Shown in pieces: positions 20,502-34,527 of a DNA stretch of 43,125 bases (positions are counted from its first letter, which is position 1; each line of letters starts with the position of its first letter). The notes under the pieces are model-generated. The model saw only the letters and a program-made list of their open reading frames with translations, was not told where the DNA came from and did no database searches. The position numbers and the translations under genes are program-made. Source of the DNA: Ministeria vibrans ATCC 50519 (Eukaryota > Protista > Filasterea). The DNA is taken from contig CALSCP010000491.1 in assembly GCA_943704425.1 (NCBI GenBank), positions 1 through 43,125 of the forward strand. Direction: 5' to 3'.

Positions 20502-23500
20502 ATGTCGTCTTCGGAAACAACATCACCGACGACTAACAGTGGCCATTTGTTGACCTCGTTGGTACCATCCGACTCTGCGCCGGACAACTCCATCACAGTA
20601 AAGTGAAAAAAAAAAAAAATAACAAAACAATCCCTTTATTTCCGATATAGGATTCCTCCTCGTACGACCTGGATAACCTTCCTGACAGCCTTGGCAAGCA
20701 CAAGAGACGCGCAGCAACGACGCTTCGGCGCGCTTTGGGTTACGACAGCCGTCGCCTTGACAACCTGCATTTTGTGGACGCCGAGACTTGCGTGTACGCC
20801 GCAGGCTTCACCGTCGTCTTCTTTGACGTGCGCCAAGGTCGTCCCACGGGAAAGTACCTCTCGTCGTTGGGCGGCGGCGGCATTGGGGCCATTGCGGTTG
20901 ACAGCGAGCGTCGCTTTATCGCCGTCGCCGAGCAACGCGCGTCGCGGTCAACACCCCCGTTCATATTCGTCTATGCGTTGCCCCAATGCAACCTTGTCAA
21001 GATTCTCCGAGGCGGTGCGGACGAGCGCTTCTCGGCGTTGCGCTTTTCTCCCTCGGGCGAAAAACTCGCGTCGGTGGCCGGCGCACCAGACTTCATGCTC
21101 ACCGTGTGGGATTGGCACGCCGAGCGAATTGTGTTGCGCAGCAAGGCCTTCTCGCAAGACGTGCTACGCGTTACGTTCTCGCCCGACAACGAGGGACAGC
21201 TGACCACGAGCGGTGTGGGTCACATTCGTTTCTGGAGAATGGCCAACACTTTTACGGGTCTCAAGCTCCACGGTCAAATTGGACGCTTTGGCCGCACAGA
21301 ACTCAGTAACATTGTCGGCTACGTCGAGCTGCCCGACGGCAAGGTGCTCTCCGGCTCTGAATGGGGCAACCTTCTGCTGTGGGAGGATGGTCTCATCAAG
21401 TGCGAGCTCAGTCGTGCGCAGGGCATCCCATGCCACCGCGGCGCCATCCACGCCGTGCTCCTCGACGACGGCGAACTCATCACCGCCGGCGACGACGGCT
21501 ACGTGCGCGTATGGGACTTTGACACAGTTGATCGTGCCGAAGTAACTCTATCCGAGGCTGGTCCTGGCGAGCTCTTTGACAAGGACGACGCTGCAGGCGC
21601 AACCGGAGCGACCATCATCAAGGAGATGGGGGAGGTTCGTGTGGGCACGCGGGTGCGCATCCGCTCGCTTGTGCGCGCTATTCCTAGCACCTCGGAACAG
21701 GCTTCATCGTTGTACTACGCACAGGACGCCAACGGTGCCATCTGGCTGCTGGACCTGTCGCTGTCGGCCAAGGCAAGTGCGCCTCGTCCCATGGCCTCCT
21801 TCCACGCCGGTGCCATCCTTGCGTGTGCCGTGCCCCACCACCCGAGTGCATCGCTGCCTCTCTTTGCCTCCACCGGCGACGACGGCTCCCTCCGTATCGA
21901 TGACCAAGTCGTTGTGAGCTCTTCGCCACAACGCCCCTCCATCCTCCATTTCCCCAGTGCCGGCACTGCTCTCGAATGGGCACCCATTTCGCTCGACCCA
22001 TCGCAAAGTCTCCTCATTGCGGGGTTTGCCGACGGTTGCATCCGCCTCATCCAACATCACCCGGCCCAATCGACGCGTCTCGTTGCCGTTCACAAGGCAC
22101 ACAGTGGAGGGCCCATCACAGCTCTTGCCGTCTCGCCCGTTGCCCCGCACACCATTGTCACAGCTGGCTCCTCCGACGGCCGCCTTTTCTTCTTTACACC
22201 CACTGTCGCTCGGGACTCCATCACACTCACCCCACTTGCCTATGTTCAACTGGTTGCTCCAAACACGTCCATTACATCGCTGGCCTGGTCTCCCGACTCC
22301 CCTACGTTGCTCGTGGCGTGCTGCTCCGACGGTCCAATGCGTCTCGTGGACGTTGTCTCACCTGTCACACCGGTGCACGACAACTCGTTTGAGACTCACC
22401 TTCCCGTGCGCTCCGTGTCGCTCTCGTCGTCGTCTCCATTTGCGTTTGTGTTGCACCCACAGCAACGCGCCCAGCTTGCGGCGATGCGAGAGCGCGAAGA
22501 GGCACAACGCAAAGTGCGCGAGGCCGAAGAGGAGGAACGACGCAAAGAGGATGAGCAACGCGAGCTGCTGGAGAACGCCCTGGGGCCGAGTCAGTCGTCA
22601 CCGACGCGACGTCGACAACGCAGCAGTGCCATGGTACTCAACGAGCAACAGAAAGAGAACGGAACGAAGGGGGAGGAACAGAGGGAGGAGACGGCGAACG
22701 AGGCAGAGCAGCGCATGCTCACGCAGAGTGCTGTGCCTCTTCGCGTGCTTTTTTCTTCGCAGGGGCACACCATGTTTGTGTGTGTCGATGGCTCACACGC
22801 GCACACAGTCTACGAAGTATCGCTTGAGCTTGAGACACTTACAGTTACGCCAATGCGCCATATGACACTGGAGCGCGTCGACGATGCGGCAGTGTCGCTT
22901 GCGCTGCGTCCCACCGACCAGTCGCTGTGTGTGGGCACTGCCTCGGGCGCCCTTGCTCTCTTCGCGTCAACATCCAACGCGGTCACTGACGTCTGCTGGA
23001 CACTGCCCTGTGCCCACTACAGTCCCGCGTTGAGCTGTTCATCGGTCACTGCATTTTTGCCGTCGGCCAACGGGGCGCTGTTGATCAGTGCTGGCCGCGA
23101 TGGAAACGTATTTGTACTGGAGCACCCCTTTCAGACTGAAGTCGGCGACAATGCGAGTGCGCCGGACGCTCTGCCATCGCCAGTGTGTGTCGCGCATGCC
23201 GTGTCCGACATTGAAGACAGCGAGGCGTACACGCTGGAAGAAAGTCGTCTCAAGGCACAGCTGGATCGTGAAAGACAGACGGTGGAGCAACGACAGCAGG
23301 ACACGCGATTGCTCGTGAAGCAGTTGCGGCGACAGTTTCAAAAGGTACTCGAGCGCAACCAGCAGGTGGCCCCTCACCATCCAGTACCCCTGTTGAGCGC
23401 CGCCGAGCTCATGGTGGACAGTCACATTGACGTGGAGGCAGAACGACGACGCGTGCGTGCTCTTGCACGACTCGAGGCCGAAATGGAGCCTGTCGTGGTG

Positions 23501-26207
23501 CGTGCTCAATCGGCGCTGTCGACACTCGAGCGAGCGTACGCGTCGGAAATTGAGCGAGTCCCTGTTCTCGTGAGGTCGTTTTGCAACGCATCTCAGCTGT
23601 ATGTGTCGACTCTGGGCAGCGTGAGACATGCAGCCCAGTCGACGCAACACGACGACATGAATGGCGAGCTTGAGGCAAAGGGACGCTTTGGAGGAGTCGA
23701 AGACAAGCCAAAGGATCATCGGCACGAGACGAGTGACATGGTAACACCCTTGGGAGGCACCGGTACTGCAAGCGCCGGTGCCGGTCACATGCCACGCGTT
23801 GGCGGAAGCTTTTCAAATATTGGCTACGGCGGTGCAGGGGGAGCGCGCTTGCGTCGCCTGAGTCTGGCGAGTGCTGGGGGTTCGTCGTCGACGACCACGA
23901 CTACAACAGCCATTGGACGACGCATGATGCTTTCGGACTCGGGAGCAGCGCGGCGCATGAGTCAAAGCCACGAAATGCGACGTGAGCGCGACGTGCGTGA
24001 CGATGAGTGGCGTGCATTCAATGCGAGACGACCCACCGGCAAAGAGGATCCTAACGATGTGGCGGCCATTGCGCTTGCCCTTGACACCATCGGCGACTAC
24101 AAGCTCAAGACAGCGCCCGACTACGAAGTGCCGCCCGAGAAGCAAGTCAACGCGGCGAGCAAACGACGTGAACTTGCGGCGTTGCGTTTGTCCATGGAGA
24201 GCGCAGAGCAACGCTTCAATCGTGACGTGTTGACTCTGCGCGGCGAGAAGCGTACACTGTTGCGACAGCTTGCAGAGGATCGTGCTCAAATTGCCAAGCT
24301 AAATGTGACGCTTGAGTTGGACGCAAGTGAAGAACCGGAGCGACTGAAGGAGTTCACCCGCGAGCAAATGGACGCATTTCGTGTGCGAGAAGGGAAACGA
24401 CGTAGCGAGCGCAAGAAGGCGAAGAAGGCGATGGAGAAGGAGAAGGATGAGAGTGATGGGGGAGCATTTGGGTTTGTGGCACAGGGGATGGCAACAGAGA
24501 AAACGAAGAGTGCCGTGGAGGTGAGTAAAGTACACGAAGAAGTGGGGAAAGGAGAGGAAGCGGAGGACATGAGCGGAGCTCAAGACGATGGGCTGGCGTT
24601 GAGTGCGTTTGAGGAGGCACAGCGGCGACGGGAACGAGTGGCGAGTGAGTATGTTCGAGACGTTTGTGAGGCACGTGCACGGCAGAGCTGCGATGCGTTT
24701 GATGCCAAGGTGAGAGCAATGCGTGTGCGGCAATTGGCCTTGGACGGAGAACGGCATCGAAGCGAACTGCGACGATTGCTGCTTGAGGAAGAGTTGACGC
24801 TGTTGCAAGAGTTTGAAAAGCGCGAAGGGGTATTGGTGGAGAAGGAGGAGCGGTGTGTACGGGAGCGACGGGAGATGGAAGGACGCGTGCGGGCGTGCGA
24901 GGCGCGACTGGGTGAGCAGGAAAATCTGGTGGAGGCTTTTGAGGTGGTGGTGGAGCAGATGAATGGGGAGCGCTTTGAGGCGCTAGTGCCGGAGGGCCAT
25001 GCGTGTGCTGGTGCATTGGAGCGGCTGTATCGCAAGAAAGGCAAGACATTGAAGAAAAAGAGAAAAGAAGAGGAGGAGAGAAAGAGAAGAGGGGCGAACG
25101 AGGGGGGGGGAGAAGAGGAGGATGAGGAGGATTTGTCGGATCTGTCGGATTTGTCAGACTTTTCTGATCTCGATGATGATGAAGATGAAAAGGAGGAGAA
25201 GGAAGGAGGGGATGAGCCGGGAAGGGCAACGCTGGTGGACTGCGATGAAGATTTGCAGCGGGATGTGTTGCGCTTGCGCAATGAACGATGGGAGTCGGAG
25301 GAAGGACTGGTGGAGGCACGGCGGACGCTGGAAGGGATACGGAAGGAGCTGGAAGGACTGCGCAAACGACAGAAAGTTGTTGATGGGGCAATGAAAGCGG
25401 CCGAGCAGGAAACACGCGTGTTTCAAGGGGAGAAGCAGCGCCGACTGAACGAGCTCATGGCGGATGTTGCAGTGAAACGGTCTCAGGTGGAGTGTGATGT
25501 GGCGACCGTGCTGAGTCCTGAGCGCGATGCACTGGTGATACGACGAGCAACACTGCAGCGTCTCGAGGAGCGCATTGGGGAGTTGAAGGAGGAGACGGAG
25601 GCGCAGCGACAGGCGTTTCGGGAGATCCGCCAATTACACGTGACGCTCACCCGCTCGTTGGAGCGACGACGCGACGAACGACGCGAGCTCGAGGAGAAGA
25701 GTCGTGAGATGCAACGAATGACGTTTGGTTGCGTAGTGCGCGATGTGGATCGGGTATTGGCGCTGACGGTGAACCATGCAGTGGAGGACGCCAAGGAAGC
25801 ACTGATTGATGCGGATGAGACGCGGGGACGGGAGTTGCTTGAGCTGGAGCGAGAGCTGTTGGCGTGTCGAGACGAGTACGGACGGGCAGTGACAGAAAGT
25901 ACTGTGCTGCTGGAGCGCTATGCGGATTTGATGCAGGAGCGATGTGTGCTTGAGAGGAATCTCAATCGTGGAGAGAAAGTGAAGGTAAAAACAACACACA
26001 CAATCACAATTGGAAGTATGATAATGTGTTTTGTAGTTGGAATCAATCAATGCAATTCACGCGGGACCCACTAAGAAAGTGAAAGATGATGAACGACAAC
26101 TAAGAGAGCGGATGGAGACACAACAGCGGACACTCGAGGAGCTGCATCGCGAGATTGGCCTCTTGAAACGCAAGAGCGGCCCTGCGCCTCCCCTTCCAAT
26201 GTATTGA
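20502..26207 (+). CDS. CFAP44: Cilia- and flagella-associated protein 44 (WDR52); exons about 20502-20597, 20651-25984, 26037-26207
   Basis: GYDSRRLDNL, TSGVGHIRFWRMANTFTGLKLHGQIGRFG, GYVELPDGKVLSGSEWGNLLLWE, IGDYKLKTAPDY and C-terminal EIGLLKRKSG. WD40 repeats plus a long coiled coil. Confidence 0.95.
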
Positions 26208-26378
26208 ACTTTAGTTTTTGCATTGTATTTAATTTGTGTTCTTATTGTTCCCTAAGCCAGACCCCAGTAGCTTTAAGATATGAGAATCATAATAATTATA
26301 ATAATAATTATTACGACGATAAGTATTCATCATATTCACTATTCTTCACAGCTTCAGCTTTCACTTTCTACTGTGGTT

Positions 26379-29300
26379 ATGCCACGAAAACTTGCATTTT
26401 CTGTAGCATCATGCGCTTCTCACGATCCTGAAGTGCCTCCAAAGGAACTAGAGGTGCGTTTCTATCAACATGGTCGTTGCCACGGAAACCAACCAAAACG
26501 ATATTGCTCTGCCCCCTCTCAAAGCGCATCTCCTCTCCTCCGATAGAAGCATACTGCAACCACACGAGGCTGGCTCAGTGCTCGCTTTGTAGTCTATCCA
26601 GTCGACCTCACGATTCGACTTGAGCACAAATGTCGTGTTCTCAAAATTCAAATTCTCTCTCACGAGTAAGCGCAACAAACAACAAAACGACTGTCTCTCA
26701 GACTTGCGCACGCACCCCCCTCCCTCCGCACCAGACACACTTATACGCAACCTGTTCTTGTCGTGGCTCCTTCCCTGCTTATAGGTCCAAAATCCCGTCG
26801 CGCGTTGAAATTCAGATTGGTGCTTGTCCAGTGGGCGGTGAGACGCTCCTGGAGACGTGCCGCTTCCGGTCGCTGGGGCACGTGGTGTTCTCGACGAATG
26901 CGGAGACGGAGTACCGTGCGCGCGAGCTTAAGAGTGTCCGTGTCGACGAGATTGGACACTTCTTGCGCTTCCGTGTCCATCAATGCCACAGCAACGCACT
27001 CAATGTGTACAGCCAGGCCAGTCTCATCGCTGTCAATCCCATTGGCGAGCCTGTGCCCGAAGACACTCCAGCCCCCATCACCCCTGTACCCGATAGGGTG
27101 AGCGCCGATGCAAATGTATTGCCGCAGAGCATTGCATCGGCAGCTGCGGATCCTTCCTTCAACCTGCCGTCGGTTCCGTTTGTCGTGGCACAACACCGCC
27201 GACTCGACGACAAGCTGGTGCTTCTGCTTCAATCGGTGTACCGTCAAAAGACTGTGGCGGTGCAAGAGGAGCGCTACGACGACGCCAAGCGTGCCAAGGT
27301 CATGCTGGACGATCTCCAGCGCGACGCAGAGCGTCTAGCACACCTCGAAGATGTCAAGCAAGCGTCCGTCGCCAACGAAGATTATGACCGTGCCATGGCA
27401 ATCAAGACCGAAGTGGACCAGTTGCGCAGCGAAATCTATGAGCGCTGGAACATTTTGTCAACGAAGAAGGAGAGCGAAGAGGGAGAGACGCCTGCAGTGC
27501 AGCCCGTTGAAATGCCCACCATCGTTGATCGTGAGACGGCACCGCTGCACGTTGCGCCGGCGGCCGTTGTGGCCTGGGACGACCAACCGGTGGGTGCTGC
27601 GGCGACACTGTCGCCGTCGCGAGGCCAAAAAGTGATGTCGATGGCGCTGGCATCGGCGACCGTGGAAACCAAATCGCCAAAGACAAAGTCAAAGAAGAAG
27701 GGGTCGAAGGAGGAGGCAGAGACTGGCTTGCCGCTGTCGTCGGGGGCGTCGGCCTGGGACGAACGACCCGTGGGCAAAGGACGCGCCGTTGACATTCCCG
27801 AATATGCCGAGGGCGACAGCGGGGCTCCGACAGGAACAGCGGGAGGTGATGCACAGCGCCCGAGTGCGTTGAGTGATGCCCAGCGACAAGAGGCAGCGAG
27901 CGCTATAGAGGTATTTGGGGAAGAGCTGGTAATTGTGCTATATGGGAAGGTGTGGGCCGAGCGAGAAGCGGCTTTGAACACGGTGGAGAGTCAACTAAAG
28001 AACGGCTTGCCAGCTCAGGCGGGCCACTCGGCAAGTGTGGTGGTGCGCGGTGCGAGTGTGGCTATTGCCAAGGGATTGCAGGACACTGTGGCGAGTGTGT
28101 TTCACAGTGCAGTTCACGCGTGCGAGGCGCTCTTTGGCGAGTACGCGCCACAGCACTGTGCGTCGGACAACGGTGTAGTAGTGGAGGAGGGTGTGCGGCG
28201 GGTGCTGCCCGAGGTGTTTGAGCGGTGTGGCGACATGCAGGCGGGCACACGCGAGGCCGCCATGGCGCTGGTGGGCTTTGTGCTGAGCAGTCCGCGCTGT
28301 CGTGACACAGTGCTGCGCGTGGCACTCGTAGTGAATGAGAGTCGACCGACGACAAAAGGACGGTCTACACGGAGACCGTCGCCACGAGGACTGCGCGCAC
28401 GCATGGAGCTGTTTGCGGCGTTCATCCACGATGTGGGTTTTGATGAAACTGTGTTTCCACTGGAGCGTGTGCTCTCGCAGGTGATGCCGGTGCTTGCAGA
28501 TGCCAAGCAGGATGTGCGCGATGCGGCAATGGGAGCGTGCTTAGAGGCATATCGGCTGCGACGGGTCGCTGTGCGGGCTTACGTCGAGCAGACGAATGTG
28601 GAGCTGCGACCGCAGATGCGAGAGGCACTTGAGGGGGCCTTTGATAACATTGACGCAGAGACACAACAGGAGAAGCGGAGCAATCCACCGAGTTTTGTGT
28701 TGACACCACGACCTACAAGACGCGCAAAGGATAGGGAAACGAAGAAAAAGGAGGAGAAGGAGGAGGAGGAGGAGAAGGAGAAGGAGAAGGAGAAGGAGAA
28801 GGAGAAGGAGGAGGTTGTGGTGGAGAAAGGGGAAGAACATGTGGTGGTGGGACGCTCCGTGAGCACAGCGACGAGAACACTGCCAGCGCGAGTGGGGTCG
28901 TCGCTCATGGACGATGGAAGTGTTGTGACGACTGCTTCGGTACAGTTGCTGTTGGGACGGTCGGACGAGTCGCGTTTAAACCTGATGGAGACAAAACGTG
29001 AGCGTGTGGAGCAGTTGCAGAAACAGCTGCAAGACTTGAGGGCGCTGGCGGCGCAAGCAAAAACACTTGGAGAAGAAGATGAAGAAGAAGAAGGAGGGGG
29101 AGAAGGAGAAGAGGCAGGAAAGAGAGGGCAGATAAAACGAGGTGGGGAAGAGGAGCGACTGGAGCAGACACTGGCCATGGCACTGGTGGAGGAGGACATC
29201 TCCCCGACGCACATGTGTATATTCTGTGGGGAGTATGATCCGGCCTTCAACGATGAGACGCTGGACATGCACTACTGGAAAAATTGTCCAATGGTAAGAA

Positions 29301-29869
29301 ACCCAGTCGGTTTGAGAGAGTGTGAGACACGAAAACTCAAGGATCATAATTTTTATTCGTCTGTGATGAATGATAATATATTTTGCAATAATTACGTATC
29401 TCATTTTTTATTCACATTGATTGATTTTGAGACATACGATACTCTCTGAATGAATGTAATAATTTTGTTTTTTTTTTTGCTGTTTCTTGTTTTAGTTGCA
29501 CCAGTGTAAATACTGTAAGCAGATTGTGGAAGTGTCACTGTTGACAATGCACTGGCAGACAGAATGCGACAAGAAAGAGCTTTTGAAGCTGGTACGTACT
29601 ACAAGTCCAAATCCGGTTTTGCGTTTAACATTTTGTTTGGGGGGATAATGTAGTGTGCCCGATGCGGAGAAATGGTCGCACAATCGAAAATGGGGCGGCA
29701 CACGTCGGCGGGAGTGTGTGCGGTAGCACTGCCTGTGGAGCAAGCGAGTCGGTGTCCGCTGTGCCATGAGAACATCAAGCCGGGGGATCAGGGGTGGAGA
29801 GACCATCTGATGGGAAGCGGCTCGTTGACGGGCGAGGGAGTGTGTCGCCACAATAAGCGCAGGTTGTAG
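26379..29869 (+). CDS. CEP104: Centrosomal/ciliary tip protein CEP104 (jelly-roll, coiled coil, TOG, Zn fingers), multi-exon
   Basis: MPRKLAFSV...|...GWLSARF..YP...KIQILSHE, YRARELKSV, K..AVQEERYDDAK, a TOG region, CIFCGEYDPAFNDETLDMHYWKNCPM|LHQCKYCKQIVEV and RCPLCHENI...WRDHL. Confidence 0.95.
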
Positions 29870-30068
29870 TTTTAACCAAAAAAGACATAAAATAATAAAA
29901 TAATAATGACGTAATAATAATAATAACATTGATTTAGTATTATTACTACTATTACTGGTGATGATTTGGCATATTAATTTTCATGATTATTTATGACAGA
30001 ATATTGTAATAATTATTATTATTGACTCCTTGGTATCGCTTTTCCCTGTACACCTTTTAAAAGAGACA

Positions 30069-31429
30069 TTACTCGGTTTTCTCTTGTGCTTCTCGCTCCT
30101 GTTGTTCTTCGCGTTCAGAAGCAATTCGTTGCCAACGGCGATTCTCACGGTCGCGTTCAGTTGCGTTTTGGCGGTAAATGGGCTTTTTGTTGCTACAAAG
30201 GAGGTGGGAATAAAAATGAGATAAAGGTGTTTTGGCTAGCATGAGAGTGATTAAGTGTGTTGTAGCATGGGAGTGATTAAGTGTGTTGTGTTGTAGCATG
30301 GGAGTGATATAGTGTGTGTGTTGTAGCATGAGAGTGATTTAGTGTGTTGTAGCATGAGAGTGATATAGTGTGTGTGTTGTATTATGAGAGTGATTAAGTG
30401 TGTTGTAGCATGAGAGTGATATAGTGTGTGTGTTGTAGTATGAGAGTGATTAAGTGTGTTGTAGCATGAGAGTGATATAGTGTGTTGTATTATGAGAGTG
30501 ATTAAATGTGTTGTAGCATGAGAGTGATATAGTGTGTGTGTGTTGTAGTATGAGAGTGATTAAGTGTGTTGTAGCATGAGAGTGATATAGTGTGTGTGTT
30601 GTAGTATGAGAGTGATTAAGTGTGTTGTAGCATGAGAGTGATANNNNNNNNAGTGTGTGTGTTGTAGTATGAGAGTGATTAAGTGTGTTGTAGCATGAGA
30701 GTGATATAGTGTGTGTGTTGTAGTATGAGAGTGATTAAGTGTGTTGTAGCATGAGAGTGATTTAGTGTGCTGTAGCATGAGAGTGTTGTCAGTGAGTGCA
30801 TTGTTAAAACAGGTCAGAGAGAAATGGAGAGCGTCTGCAATCAACTGCATTGAGTGTAGCTGTGGCATTCGAAGGCAATTCATTTGAATGTCATATGAAA
30901 CGTAAAACGCTTTTGTGTGATCGCCACGACACTTTCCGCATATGCTGCGTGCTTCCGCCGTGGCGCATAAGCTGCGTCATGGGGAAGGTAAGGGGATGCT
31001 GCTGCGGGCGTGTGTGTGTATGTGTGTGTGTGTGTGTGTGTACGTGACGGCTGCTTCGTGGATGGCTTCCATGACATAGACGTTGTTCTTGTTTGCCTCT
31101 GTGATGGTCCGCTCGTACATCGCACGGCGCTCTTCGGGCACGGTCTGTGTGCGGGAAGGAAGGAGAGGGGCGGGGTTTGTGAGGCAAGAGGGTGACGGTC
31201 GGTCGGTGTGGAGTGACGAGAGAGAGACAGTGAAAGTGACGAAAACTGATCGAGAAAATGAAGACGACGAAGAAAGAGCACTTCTTGCAGTGTTTGCCGC
31301 AGGGGATTGTACCTCAAGGAAGTCGGCGATGTTGTCGGGGCCCGTCAGGTTGACTCGCATCCACCAGCCAAAGCCCATCAGAACGGAACTACCGACAATG
31401 ACTTTGGTCCACATCATGGAGCGCGACAT
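30069..31429 (-). CDS. Cbp4/UQCC3-like complex III assembly factor (113 aa; exons 31429-31313, 31144-31044, 30192-30069)
   Basis: WTKVIVGSSVLMGFGWWMRVNLTGP...LE|TVPEERRAMYER...VMEAIHEAAVT|NKKPIY resembles Cbp4 (WLKVYAIGGAIIGSG...TP...SPELRLQYER...QETSQSDDPIW). It has a single TM helix and consistent intron phases. Confidence 0.7.
30225..30785. repeat. Intronic minisatellite of 25-31 bp units (gtgtgttgtag[c/t]atgagagtgat...), mostly alternating A/B dimers
   Basis: About 20 units are seen directly, with a small N gap at 30644-30651. Confidence 0.95.
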
Positions 31430-31688
31430 TGGTGAGACGTGGGAGGGGGGGGGAGAGAAGTGTGATGGGGGTGTGTTGGAGGGGAGTCGAGGTGATGTCA
31501 GCTGAGATGAATAAGCAAAAAATTGATTGTCTTGATTGATAATCAGTCAAACTGACGCGATTTCGATCGTAATTCGTATGTTGAGAGGGAATTGCGCTTG
31601 GTCGATTCTGTAGTCGCTCTTACGACAAGATCATCGGTTAAGACTTTGCTCTAATATCGAGGTGAAGGGCTTTGTACTTGATTATTAT

Positions 31689-33318
<1,630 letters not shown>

Positions 33319-33436
33319 GAGATATGGTGGTGTTGCGTGAAGAAGAAAAGAGTATGAAAGTTTATTATTAAGTTTTTCAGTCACAGATCTCAAATCAAAC
33401 TGTAAAAATAATCCTTAAGCAACTCGCTCAATTCAT

Positions 33437-33564
<128 letters not shown>

Positions 33565-33570
33565 TTTGTG

Positions 33571-34226
33571 ATGGCGGACGACGAGGAGCACTCACCGCTG
33601 CTCCCGGGCTGTGATCGGCAGCTGGAGGCCAAGCGATGGTACATTCTGGCAGTGTATTCGCTGGCGGCCTTCTGTCAAGTACGCATTGCGCTAGAGGACC
33701 CCCACCCTGACCCCTGTGCGCCCTCCCAGGGCACCGTGTGGCTGACCTTCAGCTCTATTCCCATCTGCAAGCAGTACTATGCGGGCGTGACGGACCAGAC
33801 GCTTGATCTGCTGCTCAACTGGTACTGATTGTGTGTGTGTGTGTGTGTGTTTGTTTCTGTGTGTTTTGTGATCTTTATTACTGTGTCGCGCGTGTGTTGT
33901 GCCGCACTGGCCGGTCGCTTTATGTGTGTGTTGTGGTGTGTTTATGCCATACAGAGTGGTTTGTTTGTCTGGCGTTGCTGTGTTTCGTTAGAATTAACAT
34001 ATTGATTATTCTGTTATCTTTCTCGTTATGTCATGTTGTCTCTTTTATGAGTATACTGTTGTTCTCTTTATGAACTCTCTTACTGGTCTGTTTTGTTCTA
34101 TTTCATGAGCTATCTCATTGGTTGTTTATGTTCTGTATCACCTTGTTTCTCTCTCTCTCTCTTTCTCTATCACTTTCTTTTCTATCACTCTCTCTCTCTC
34201 TCTCTTTCTCTATCACTTTGTTTCTT

Positions 34227-34288
<62 letters not shown>

Positions 34289-34430
34289 TTTCTTTTTCTG
34301 TTCGATCATTCTCTTTAATGTATATTATATATAGGGGACCCATTGCATTCATTCCANNNNNNNNNNNNNNNNNNNNNNNNNNNNNNNNNNNNNNNNNNNN
34401 NNNNNNNNNNNNNNNNNNNNNNNNNNNNNN

Positions 34431-34527
<97 letters not shown>

